Made by a program: the position numbers and the translations under genes. This document shows positions 18,131 through 26,918 of a stretch of 47,349 nucleotides of DNA, in pieces. Under the pieces are notes generated by a model, which saw nothing but the letters and a program-made list of their open reading frames with translations, made no database searches and was not told where the DNA came from. Numbering within the stretch: position 1 is the stretch's first letter; each line of letters opens with the position of its first letter. Source of the stretch: Candidatus Limnocylindrales bacterium (lineage in GTDB: Bacteria; Chloroflexota; Limnocylindria; Limnocylindrales; CSP1-4); contig JBIOWA010000282.1 in assembly GCA_044868045.1 (NCBI GenBank), positions 1 to 47,349 of the forward strand, in the 5' to 3' direction.

Positions 18131-19237
18131 ATGACGGCGCAGTCGATCGTCTGCGGAACATGTGCGGCCGCGGTGCCGTATGGGCGCCTCTCGTGCCCAT
18201 CGTGTGGTGAGCTCCTGGCCTCGGTCGTCGGAGCTCGGCGACCGTCGTCGTCCGCGACGTCGGGGACGAGCGCGCGACCGGACGTGCCCTTCGACGCCGA
18301 ATCGGCGCCGCTTTCGGGCATGCCCGACGGTCCCGAGCTCGCACTGAGCGGTGGTCTCCGCGACCTCGACGCCGAGCTGCCCTGGGCGGGCGCCGCCGAC
18401 GGCCCGGCCGTCGAGCTCGACCAGCGCAAAGATGCGATCGACGACGGGCTCGAGGACGGCGACCTGGACGGCTTCCTGGGATCGGACGACGCCGACGAGC
18501 CCGAGGTCGAATCCTCGTCGACCGCGGGACACGCCTGGGCGGTCGCGGGCGCGAGCATGACGGGACCGGCCACACCTGCCTACATGCCGCGACCGAACTA
18601 CGCCCGCGCGGCGGCCGCTGCGGCTAAGGCTCCCCCTGCGAACGAGCCGCCGCCGGCCCCACCGATCGAACCGCCGGGCGCGTACGTTCCCCCGTTGCCC
18701 GCGTCCGCTATCCCGGCCGGTCCTCCGGCGCCCGCACGGGCGTGGGCCGGCTACGGCAGCGAGACCGACACCGCGGCATCGGCCGCGACCGGGTCGGCCG
18801 TCAACGAGGCCAAGCAGCGCGCCCTCGATCCCTCACGCGTGGCGGAATTCATCGGCTCGGTGTCGGTCGCCGGCGCGGCGCTCGCCTCCGTCGGCTTCCT
18901 CCTGCCCTGGGCAAGCGTGATGATCGGCTCGTCGGGCTCGGACTACTTCGATCGATGGGGCCTCGCCGGTCCCGGTCACCTGATCGTCGTGATCGGGATC
19001 CTTGCGGTCCTCGCGCTGTCGATCGTGAGGAACCCGATCCCGTCGTGGATCCGCACCGGCCTCGGCGGACTTGGTGTCGGCGCGCTGCTCCTCGGCCTGA
19101 CGTGGCCGTACCTCCTCGGTCCGCTCGACGCGTCGCCGGGCGTCCTGATCGACGCCATCGGGGCCATCGCCCTGATCGGCTCCGGGATCCTCGCACTCGT
19201 GACGGACCGTCACGCCGTGGTCGCCAAGCCCGTCTGA
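18131..19237 (+). CDS. Zinc-ribbon protein with an acidic/Pro-rich linker and a C-terminal 4-TM domain
   Basis: CGTCAAAVPYGRLSCPSCG at the N-terminus, an acidic stretch (DDGLEDGDLDGFLGSDDADEPE), a Pro-rich segment, then four hydrophobic helices. Confidence 0.65.
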   Translation: MTAQSIVCGTCAAAVPYGRLSCPSCGELLASVVGARRPSSSATSGTSARPDVPFDAESAPLSGMPDGPELALSGGLRDLDAELPWAGAADGPAVELDQRKDAIDDGLEDGDLDGFLGSDDADEPEVESSSTAGHAWAVAGASMTGPATPAYMPRPNYARAAAAAAKAPPANEPPPAPPIEPPGAYVPPLPASAIPAGPPAPARAWAGYGSETDTAASAATGSAVNEAKQRALDPSRVAEFIGSVSVAGAALASVGFLLPWASVMIGSSGSDYFDRWGLAGPGHLIVVIGILAVLALSIVRNPIPSWIRTGLGGLGVGALLLGLTWPYLLGPLDASPGVLIDAIGAIALIGSGILALVTDRHAVVAKPV

Positions 19238-19285
19238 AGCGGGTCGCCGTCGGGCGACGCCCGGGCCGGCCACGGGGAGACCCCC

Positions 19286-19294
19286 TGCTACACT
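19286..19294 (+). promoter_or_regulatory. Candidate extended -10 promoter (TGcTACACT)
   Basis: TGCTACACT at 19286-19294, followed by GGAGG at 19316-19320 and the ATG at 19334. Confidence 0.35.
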
Positions 19295-19333
19295 GCGCCC
19301 GACCACTCGACCCACGGAGGCGACCCCAGGGGT

Positions 19334-19996
19334 ATGGAGCAGATCCTCGCCGGTATCGGCGACACGATCGGGGACATCATCAACAGCCCCGTCGTCCAGG
19401 TCGGGGCGCGACTGATCTTCATCTACATCGTGATCCTGTGGATCGCGACCGCATACTGGGCGTTCCGGGACATGCAGCAGCGGTCGGACAACGCGATCCT
19501 GCCGTACGTCGTCGCCGCGGGGATCATCCTCTTCACGCCGTTCCTATTCGTGTTCGCGGTGTGGGTCTACAAGATCGTCCGCCCGCACGAGAAGATCGGC
19601 GAGGTGTGGGAGCGGAACCTGGCCGAGGAGGCGCTCCTCAACGAGGTCGAGTCGGTCCGCCACTGCCCGACGTGCGAGCGCCGCGTCGACGAGGAATGGA
19701 TCATCTGTCCGTCCTGCCGGACGCGACTGAACCGCGTCTGCCCCAACTGCTCGCGACTGGTCGGCCTCGACTGGTCGCTGTGCGCGTGGTGTGGCAAGGA
19801 CTTCGAGCGGCGTGAGGTCATGCCGGCCGGGACGATCCAACCACTCCCGTCGGGCATGGAGGCGACCGGGCGGATCGTCACGCCGGGCGCCGCTGCCCAG
19901 CCTCTCCCCGCGTCGATCCAGACGTCCGTCCGATCTCGCGGGGGCTCCCGCTCGTCGCGTTCGACGACCGCCCAGGATCCGCTGCCCGAGCGTTGA
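19334..19996 (+). CDS. Membrane protein with two N-terminal TM helices and a cytoplasmic double zinc ribbon
   Basis: IFIYIVILWIATAYWAFRDMQQR resembles a PLDc_N-type short TM module. This is followed by CPTC-x11-CPSC-x7-CPNC-x11-CAWC. Confidence 0.7.
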   Translation: MEQILAGIGDTIGDIINSPVVQVGARLIFIYIVILWIATAYWAFRDMQQRSDNAILPYVVAAGIILFTPFLFVFAVWVYKIVRPHEKIGEVWERNLAEEALLNEVESVRHCPTCERRVDEEWIICPSCRTRLNRVCPNCSRLVGLDWSLCAWCGKDFERREVMPAGTIQPLPSGMEATGRIVTPGAAAQPLPASIQTSVRSRGGSRSSRSTTAQDPLPER

Positions 19997-20988
19997 CCGC
20001 TCCGGCGCCTGACGACCCGGCCCCGCGCGAGCGGCCCGGCGCGTCGACCTTCACCATCGAGGGGCGGTCGGCACCCGGCCTCTTCGTCGTCGGCTGGCTC
20101 GCGACGCTGGTCGGACTCGGGGCCGTCGTCGTCGCCTTCATGGCAGCCGAGGCGCCGGCACGGATCCTGCTGATCGCCGGGCTCGTGGTGCTGTCCATCG
20201 GGCTCGTGGCGGGCGCCGGCGGCCAGGCCATCGAGCGACGCGCCCGCGGTGGGCGGAATTACGTCGGCCCCTCGCCCTTCCTGGTCTTCGCCGCGGCCCT
20301 GCCGATCAGCAGCCTGTTCGCCATCGGGGCGGGAGCGATCCTGGTCGCGCTCGGAATCCCGATCGACGGACCGGTCGGCGCGCTCGTGTCCGTCGGGCTG
20401 CAGGCGGTCGTCTACATCGGGCTGATCCGCCTGCTCGTGGTCGACGGGGGTTCGCTGTCGTGGACCGACATGCGGATCCGCCGTCCATCGGCGACGGACC
20501 TGGCCGAGTTCGTGCTCGGGGCCGGGTGGGCGCTCCCGGTCATCGTCGCCACCTTGCCCGTCGCTTTGCTCGTCAGCCAGTTCGTCTCGACGCCGCCGCC
20601 GAGCTTGCTGCCGGCCACGGGCAGCCTCGGCGGCCTCCTCCTCCACCTGCTCGCCGGGGCGATCATCGCCCCGATCGGCGAGGAGGTCCTGTTCCGCGGC
20701 TTTGCGACGACGGCCTGGATCCGTGACATGGGCGTCACTCGCGGGCTCGTGCGTGCCTCGCTGTTCTTCGCCGTGGCGCACGTCCTGACGATCTCGGGCG
20801 TCAACGCCAGCGAGGCGGCCGGCGCCGCGCTTGGCGCCTTCCTCGGGCGGATACCGGTCGCGCTGGCCCTCGGGTTCCTGTTCGTGCGCCGAAACACGAT
20901 CTGGGCACCGCTCGGGTTGCACGGCGGGTTCAATGCGCTGCTGTTGATCCTGCAGGAGGTCGCGGCCCAGAACATGCCGACGGTCTGA
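19993..20988 (+). CDS. CPBP family (CAAX/Abi) intramembrane glutamic metalloprotease
   Basis: All three CPBP motifs are present: IGEEVLFRG, FFAVAHV and HGGFNALL. The TTG at 19993 overlaps the preceding stop (TTGA). Confidence 0.85.
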   Translation: MTAPAPDDPAPRERPGASTFTIEGRSAPGLFVVGWLATLVGLGAVVVAFMAAEAPARILLIAGLVVLSIGLVAGAGGQAIERRARGGRNYVGPSPFLVFAAALPISSLFAIGAGAILVALGIPIDGPVGALVSVGLQAVVYIGLIRLLVVDGGSLSWTDMRIRRPSATDLAEFVLGAGWALPVIVATLPVALLVSQFVSTPPPSLLPATGSLGGLLLHLLAGAIIAPIGEEVLFRGFATTAWIRDMGVTRGLVRASLFFAVAHVLTISGVNASEAAGAALGAFLGRIPVALALGFLFVRRNTIWAPLGLHGGFNALLLILQEVAAQNMPTV

Positions 20989-21180
20989 GGTCCGGGCCGC
21001 CCGGGCGCCGCGTCGGCGGGCGAGCGACTAAGTCGCCGGCAAGTCGTCGATGAGCCGCCGGGGAGCGGCCCTCGCTAGGCTCCGTGTCGTCCTCGAGGCC
21101 CGGATGGCGGGAGGAATCGGCGGGCTTCCGTCGTCCGGGCTTCGGGGCGCCTCGTCCGCCGCGCTCCGGAGGGTCCGCGA

Positions 21181-21921
21181 ATGCTGGAACCGACCGTCCC
21201 TGCCGGGATCACCGGCCACACCATCCGCGAGCTTCCCGCCTCGGAGCGGCCCCGCGAGCGGCTCGCCCTGCGCGGGCCCGGCGGGCTCACCTCCGCGGAG
21301 TTGATCGCCTTGTTGTGGGGCAGCGGTGTTCGCGGCCGGTCGGCGGTCGACATCGCGACCCACGCGCTCGCTTCGCACGATGGCTTGCCGGGCCTGGCGC
21401 GGGCCACGGAACTGGAGCTGGCGGCACTCCCCGGGGTCGGGGCCGTCAAGGCCGCCCAGCTGGTCGCGGCGTTCGAGCTCGGTCGTCGGTTGCTGGCCGA
21501 CTGGCCTTCGAACCGTTGGTCGATCCGCGGCCCGCGTGACGTCGCGGATCGATTGATCCTCCAGATGGGCCGCCTCGAACGCGAGGAGCTCAGGGTCGTG
21601 ATCCTCGACACGAAGAACCACGTCCTCCGAGTGTCGACGGTCTACCAGGGCAACGTGTCGGCCTCGCTGGTCCGTGTCGGGGAGCTGTTCCGCGATGCCG
21701 TTCGCCTCAACGCGGCAGGCGTGATCCTCGTCCACAACCACCCCAGCGGCGACCCGACCCCATCACCCGACGACATGCACCTGACCGCCGAGGCGCTGGC
21801 GGCCGGCCGACTGCTCGACATCGCCTTGCTCGACCACCTGGTGATCGGCCACGATGCCTACGTATCCCTCCGCGACCGCGGCGTCTCGTTCGACCGGCCG
21901 CCGGCCCCGGATGTGCGCTGA
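21181..21921 (+). CDS. radC: RadC-family JAB/MPN domain protein (UPF0758)
   Basis: HhH region (ELAALPGVGAVKAAQL) and JAMM-like motif ILVHNHPSGDPTPSPDD. Confidence 0.9.
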   Translation: MLEPTVPAGITGHTIRELPASERPRERLALRGPGGLTSAELIALLWGSGVRGRSAVDIATHALASHDGLPGLARATELELAALPGVGAVKAAQLVAAFELGRRLLADWPSNRWSIRGPRDVADRLILQMGRLEREELRVVILDTKNHVLRVSTVYQGNVSASLVRVGELFRDAVRLNAAGVILVHNHPSGDPTPSPDDMHLTAEALAAGRLLDIALLDHLVIGHDAYVSLRDRGVSFDRPPAPDVR

Positions 21922-21962
21922 CAGCGCGTCGGGATCGGCCGCCCCGGCCGTCAAGGGGCCTC

Positions 21963-21971
21963 TGGTAGACT
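21963..21971 (+). promoter_or_regulatory. Candidate extended -10 promoter (TGgTAGACT) upstream of mreB
   Basis: TGGTAGACT at 21963-21971, about 115 nt upstream of the mreB ATG. Confidence 0.3.
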
Positions 21972-22085
21972 GCGCGGGCCTGCCCGGCCGAACCCGGCTG
22001 CCATCGGCGTGACCCGGCCACGATCCCGGCCCGGCCTCCGCCCGACCCACCCGCGACCCCTGGAACGAAGGACCCTCCCCGGACC

Positions 22086-23138
22086 ATGCTCGACCGCCTG
22101 CTTGGCCTCTTTTCCCGCGACATCGGCATCGACCTGGGCACCGCCAATACGCTGGTCCATGTCCGCGATCGCGGGATCGTGATGAGCGAGCCATCGGTGG
22201 TCGCGATCGACGCGAAGACCAAGCGGGTCCTGGCCATCGGTGCCGAGGCGAAGCGCATGGTCGGTCGAACGCCCGCGAACATCATCGCGGTCCGGCCGCT
22301 CCGCGACGGTGTGATCAGCGACTTCGACGTGACCGAGCAGATGATCAAGTACTTCGTGAACCGGGTCCACGACCGGATCGGGCTGATCCCGCGGCCTCGG
22401 ATGTTGCTCGGCATCCCGTCCGGTGTGACCGAGGTCGAGAAGCGCGCCGTTCGCGATGCGGCACTCAACGCCGGAGCGCGCTGGGCACGCCTGATCGAGG
22501 AGCCTATGGCGGCCGCGATCGGTGCCGGTCTACCGGTCAGCGAGCCATCGGGCAGCCTGATCGTCGACATCGGTGGCGGGACGACGGAAGTTGCGGTCAT
22601 CTCGCTCGGTGGCATCGTCGTCAGCCGCTCGATCCGGATCGGTGGCGACGAGATGGACGGCGACATCGTCACGTTCGCTCGACGCGAGTACAACCTGTTC
22701 CTCGGCGAGCGGACGGCCGAGGACATCAAGATCGCGATCGGGTCCGCGTATCCGGGGGAGTGGGACGCTCAGCGGGTGACGCTGCGCGGCCGCGACCTGC
22801 TGACCGGCCTGCCGCGGAGCGTCGAGGTGGGTGCCGACCAGATCCGCGAGGCGATCGAGCCTTCGGTCGCGCAGATCGTCGACACCGTCAAGGACACCAT
22901 CGAGGAGACACCACCCGAGCTCGTGGCGGACATCATGGACCAGGGGATCGTGGTCGCCGGTGGCGGCGCACTGCTCGCCGGACTCGACCGGCGCATCGCC
23001 GAAGCCACCCAGATGCCGGTCCACATCGCAGACGATCCGCTGACGTGCGTCGCCCGGGGCACCGGCCTGGTCCTCGAGGAGCTCGATGAGATGGACCGCG
23101 TCCTGGTCGCCGAGACGTATTCGCGGCCCCCGCGCTGA
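22086..23138 (+). CDS. mreB: Rod-shape determining actin homolog MreB
   Basis: DIGIDLGTANTLV, VRPLRDGVISDF, IVDIGGGTTEVAVISLGG and GIVVAGGGALL are canonical MreB motifs. Confidence 0.95.
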   Translation: MLDRLLGLFSRDIGIDLGTANTLVHVRDRGIVMSEPSVVAIDAKTKRVLAIGAEAKRMVGRTPANIIAVRPLRDGVISDFDVTEQMIKYFVNRVHDRIGLIPRPRMLLGIPSGVTEVEKRAVRDAALNAGARWARLIEEPMAAAIGAGLPVSEPSGSLIVDIGGGTTEVAVISLGGIVVSRSIRIGGDEMDGDIVTFARREYNLFLGERTAEDIKIAIGSAYPGEWDAQRVTLRGRDLLTGLPRSVEVGADQIREAIEPSVAQIVDTVKDTIEETPPELVADIMDQGIVVAGGGALLAGLDRRIAEATQMPVHIADDPLTCVARGTGLVLEELDEMDRVLVAETYSRPPR

Positions 23139-23183
23139 CGCCCCTGCTCCGATCGTTGACCGCCGACGGACGATAGACCTGCG

Positions 23184-24161
23184 ATGACGACGATCCTTTC
23201 GCATCGAGCGACTCGCCGCCGCAGCATCGCCTTTACGGTGTTGCTGGCCCTCAGCGTGGTGTTCATGGCGTTCTCAACGAACCCGTACGTTCGTGAGTTC
23301 CAGAACGGGATCGGGTACGCGTTCCGCCCGATCCAGGGCGCGCTCGACAACGTTGCCGGCGGGATCGCCTCGATCGGAGCGGCCATCTCGGAGATCGATC
23401 GGCTGCGCGTCGACAACGGCTCGTTGCACGCCGAGAACGACCGGCTGGCGGCGGAAAACGCTCGACTCCAGGAGATCGCCCGTGAGAACGCGCTGCTCAC
23501 CGACCTCCTGCAGCTCCGCGCCGGCTTCGACTTCAAGACTGCAGCCGCGAGCGTCATCACTCGCGAGTCGTCGGAATTCCGCCGCGTCATCGGGATCGAC
23601 AAGGGGACGAACGCCGGGATCGAAGTCGGCGACGTGGTCGTGGCCGGTGGTGGCGCGCTCGCCGGGCGCGTCACGGATGTCGGCCCGGACAGTGCCACAG
23701 TCGTGCTGCTTACCGACGGCACGTCGACCGTCATCGGCCAACTCGTCTCCAATGCCGCGACCGGGCAGGTCGTGGGGCAGCTGGGTGGCGTTCTCGTGAT
23801 GGAGCAGATCGACGCCGCCGAGAAGATCGATCTTGGCGACGAGGTCGTCAGCGCCGGGCTCGAGCTCGGCGGGGGTGTTCGGTCGCCGTACCCGAAGGGA
23901 CTGCTGATCGGGCAGGTCGTCGACATGCGACGGGACGCCAACGCCGTCGTCCAGACGGCCTACCTCCAGCCGGCGGCCGACCTGGGCAAGCTCGAGTACG
24001 TGCTGGTCATCCTGGATTACGAGGGCGGGCTGCCACCGATCACCGAACAGCCGATCGACTGCACACCAACGGGTGGAGGCACGCTGCCCGAGGGCGAGCA
24101 GCCGTGCTTCCCGCCGACGCCGCGTCCAGGGGCCTCGCCCAAGGCGACGAGCCGCCCATAG
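23184..24161 (+). CDS. mreC: Rod-shape determining protein MreC
   Basis: N-terminal TM helix, a coiled coil (LRVDNGSLHAENDRLAAENARLQE) and beta-barrel domains (VVAGGGALAGRVTDVGPDSATVVLLTD...PKGLLIGQV), located directly after mreB. Confidence 0.85.
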   Translation: MTTILSHRATRRRSIAFTVLLALSVVFMAFSTNPYVREFQNGIGYAFRPIQGALDNVAGGIASIGAAISEIDRLRVDNGSLHAENDRLAAENARLQEIARENALLTDLLQLRAGFDFKTAAASVITRESSEFRRVIGIDKGTNAGIEVGDVVVAGGGALAGRVTDVGPDSATVVLLTDGTSTVIGQLVSNAATGQVVGQLGGVLVMEQIDAAEKIDLGDEVVSAGLELGGGVRSPYPKGLLIGQVVDMRRDANAVVQTAYLQPAADLGKLEYVLVILDYEGGLPPITEQPIDCTPTGGGTLPEGEQPCFPPTPRPGASPKATSRP

Positions 24162-24188
24162 CCCGAGGCCGTGGCCCGGGAAGTCCCC

Positions 24189-24197
24189 TGCTAACCT
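24189..24197 (+). promoter_or_regulatory. Candidate extended -10 promoter (TGcTAACCT) giving a leaderless rmlA transcript
   Basis: TGCTAACCT at 24189-24197. The ATG at 24206 is 9 nt after the -10 element and has no Shine-Dalgarno sequence. Confidence 0.35.
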
Positions 24198-24205
24198 TCC
24201 GGGCG

Positions 24206-24967
24206 ATGAAGGGCATCGTGCTCGCCGGCGGGACCGCGACCCGCCTGTTCCCGCTCACGATCGTGACTAACAAGCACCTGCTGCCGATCTACGACCGGCC
24301 GATGATCTACTACCCGATCGAGACGCTGGCGGGCATGGGCATCCGGGAAGTGATGGTCGTCGTCGGCGGCAAGAGCGTCGGGGACGTGGTCGAGCTGCTG
24401 GGCGACGGAGCCCATTTCGGTCTGAACCTGACGTACCGCTATCAGACCGGCGCGCACGGGATCGCCCACGCGATCGGTCTCGCCCGTGATTTCGTCGGAG
24501 CCGACGCCTTCTGCTGCGTCCTCGGCGACAACATCCTGCGCGGCCCGGAGCTGGCCGATATCGCGGCCGAGTTCGGGGCCAGTGACGCCGGCGCCGGGAC
24601 GCTCCTCTACCGCGTGTCGGACCCGCAGCGGTTCGGTGTCGCCGAGCTGGACGCGGAGGGCCGCGTCCTCGGGTTCGAGGAGAAGCCGGCGCACCCAAAG
24701 AGCGACTTGATCCCGATCGGCGTCTACTTCCTGCGCCCCGACGCCTTCGCGGTCATCGATCACCTGGCGCCATCGGGTCGGGGCGAGTTCGAGATCACGG
24801 ACGTCCTGAACCACTACATCCCCGACGGCAGGCTGTTCACCCGGCTCTACGAGGGTCACTGGACGGACGCGGGAACCGTCCCGTCGCTGCTCCGCGCGGC
24901 GGAGTTGGCCCGGGACGACCACGACGCCGGCCACCTCGCACCCCCGGTCGAACGCCCGCTCGCATGA
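24206..24967 (+). CDS. rfbA: Glucose-1-phosphate thymidylyltransferase (short RmlA type)
   Basis: MKGIVLAGGTATRLFPLT..NKHLLPIYDRPMIYYPIE is the sugar nucleotidyltransferase signature. Confidence 0.9.
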   Translation: MKGIVLAGGTATRLFPLTIVTNKHLLPIYDRPMIYYPIETLAGMGIREVMVVVGGKSVGDVVELLGDGAHFGLNLTYRYQTGAHGIAHAIGLARDFVGADAFCCVLGDNILRGPELADIAAEFGASDAGAGTLLYRVSDPQRFGVAELDAEGRVLGFEEKPAHPKSDLIPIGVYFLRPDAFAVIDHLAPSGRGEFEITDVLNHYIPDGRLFTRLYEGHWTDAGTVPSLLRAAELARDDHDAGHLAPPVERPLA

Positions 24968-26013
24968 CCTCGCCGCGCTCGTATGACCGCCTGCTGGTGA
25001 CGGGCGGTGCCGGGTTCATCGGCTCGTGCTACGTGCGCGACGTCCTCGCGCGGCGCGACGGCACCCGGATCACGGTCCTCGACAAGCTGACCTATGCCGG
25101 CAATGAGGCGAACCTCGCGCCAGTCCATGACGACCCGGACACGGCGGCCAGGTTCCGTTTCGTTCGCGGCGACATCGCGGACCCGGTCGTCGTCGCGCCG
25201 CTCGTCGACGACGCGGACGCTGTCGTCAACTTCGCCGCCGAGTCGCACGTCGACCGGTCGATCCTGGACCCTGAGGCATTCCTGCGGACGGGCGTGATCG
25301 GGGTCCACGTCCTGCTCGAGGCGTGCCGCACGGCCGCGCACCGGCCGCGCTACCTCCAGGTCTCGACCGATGAGGTCTACGGCTCGGTCGAGTCGGGTGC
25401 CTCGCGTGAGGATGACCCCCTGGCGCCGCGCTCGCCATACGCGGCGGCCAAGGCCGCCGGCGAGATGCTCGTACGGAGTTACGTCGTCACCCACGGCCTT
25501 GATGCCGTCGTGACCCGCGGCTCGAACACCTACGGGCCGTACCAACACCCCGAGAAGTTGATCCCGCTGTTCGTGACGAACGCGATCGACGACCTCCCGC
25601 TGCCCCTGTATGGCGACGGCCTTCAGCGCCGCGACTGGCTGTACGTGGCTGACCACGCCGATGCGATCGACCACGTCCTCCGCCACGGCGTCGCCGGCGA
25701 GACGTACAACATCCCCGGCGGTCTCGAGATGACCAACCGCGACACCGTCGCACTGCTGCTCGAGCGGCTCGGCAAGCCATGGTCGCTCGTCCGCCACGTC
25801 GAGGACCGACCGGGTCACGACCGGCGCTATGCGATGGATGGCTCGAAGCTCGCGGCCCTCGGCTGGCGACCCCGGACGTCATTCGAGGACGGCCTCGCGG
25901 CGACGATCGACTGGTTCCTCGCCAACGAAGCTTGGTGGCGGGCGGCCAGGTCCGGCGACTGGGACGCCTACTACGAGCGGCAGTACGGGGCGCGGCTGCG
26001 CAGCGCGACCTGA
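24964..26013 (+). CDS. rfbB: dTDP-glucose 4,6-dehydratase
   Basis: LVTGGAGFIGS, the YAAAK catalytic motif (SPYAAAKAAGE) and an RmlB-like C-terminus. ATGA overlap with rfbA. Confidence 0.95.
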   Translation: MTSPRSYDRLLVTGGAGFIGSCYVRDVLARRDGTRITVLDKLTYAGNEANLAPVHDDPDTAARFRFVRGDIADPVVVAPLVDDADAVVNFAAESHVDRSILDPEAFLRTGVIGVHVLLEACRTAAHRPRYLQVSTDEVYGSVESGASREDDPLAPRSPYAAAKAAGEMLVRSYVVTHGLDAVVTRGSNTYGPYQHPEKLIPLFVTNAIDDLPLPLYGDGLQRRDWLYVADHADAIDHVLRHGVAGETYNIPGGLEMTNRDTVALLLERLGKPWSLVRHVEDRPGHDRRYAMDGSKLAALGWRPRTSFEDGLAATIDWFLANEAWWRAARSGDWDAYYERQYGARLRSAT

Positions 26014-26918
26014 TGCGTGTTGCCGTCACCGGTTCCACCGGTCGACTCGGGAGTGCCCTGGTACGGGCGCTCGCCGACGCCCCCTTCACCGGCCCGAGCG
26101 GACCACTCGCCTGGACCCGGGCGGAACTCGACCTCGATGCCCCAGACGGCGTCGACGGGGCGCTCGACCGCGACCGACCCGAGGTCGTCGTCCACGCGGC
26201 GGCCTGGACCGATGTCGACGGCTGCGCGCGCGATCCCGACCTCGCCATGCGCCGCAACGGGATGGCCACCGGGCACCTGGCGATCGCATGCGCCCAGCGC
26301 GGCATCGACCTGCTGGTCATCTCGACCAACGAGGTCTTCGACGGGACACGGACCGACCGCCGGCCTTATTCGCCGGATGAAGACGTCTCGCCGGCCAACC
26401 CGTACGGCGCCTCCAAGGCCGCGGCCGAGGACGTCGCCAAGGCCGCCTACGTGAACCGCTGCGGCACCGTCGGCATCGTCCGCACGGCCTGGCTCTACGG
26501 ACCGCCGGGACCCGACTTCCCGCGCAAGATCGCCGATGCGGCTCGTCGGAGCGCCAAGGAGGGCGAGACCTTGCGCGTAGTCGGAGACGAATGGGGGACG
26601 CCGACCTATGCGGCCGACCTCGCCGACGCCATCGTCGACCTCCTGGCCGAGGACTCGATCGGCGGGATCCATCACCTAGTTGCTGCCGGTGTCGCCTCGC
26701 GCGCCGACTGGGCCCGCGACGTGATCGTTCGTCTCGGGATCGAGGTCGCGATCGGCGAGATCCCCGGATCGACCTGGCAGCGCGCCTCGACGCCGCCGGC
26801 CTGGGGCGTGCTCGCGCCAACGCCGCTTCCATCGGGCGAGCCGATCCGGCCATGGCAGCAGGGAATGGCCGACTACGAGCCATTCCTCAAGCGGGCGCTT
26901 GCCGCGGCCGCCGGATGA
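26013..26918 (+). CDS. rfbD: dTDP-4-dehydrorhamnose reductase
   Basis: VTGSTGRLGSAL, HAAAWTDVDGCE-like motif (HAAAWTDVDGCARD) and NPYGASKAAAE. Its start overlaps the rfbB stop. Confidence 0.9.
   Translation: MRVAVTGSTGRLGSALVRALADAPFTGPSGPLAWTRAELDLDAPDGVDGALDRDRPEVVVHAAAWTDVDGCARDPDLAMRRNGMATGHLAIACAQRGIDLLVISTNEVFDGTRTDRRPYSPDEDVSPANPYGASKAAAEDVAKAAYVNRCGTVGIVRTAWLYGPPGPDFPRKIADAARRSAKEGETLRVVGDEWGTPTYAADLADAIVDLLAEDSIGGIHHLVAAGVASRADWARDVIVRLGIEVAIGEIPGSTWQRASTPPAWGVLAPTPLPSGEPIRPWQQGMADYEPFLKRALAAAAG

Noticed and set aside
16009-18573. 854-aa minus-strand ORF, with many other long antisense ORFs (e.g. 4272..5699, 14106..15545, 22769..23941, 28699.., 43748..44833)
   Set aside because: These are Arg/Pro/Gly/Ala-rich translations with no recognisable motifs. 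They lie antisense to genes carrying clear family signatures or TM patterns. They are typical shadow ORFs of stop-poor, high-GC DNA.
19241-19262. Hairpin after the 18131..19237 gene as an intrinsic terminator
   Set aside because: The stem is only 6 bp plus a bulged extension, and no U-tract follows. Too weak to call, although it may still contribute to termination before the 19286 promoter.
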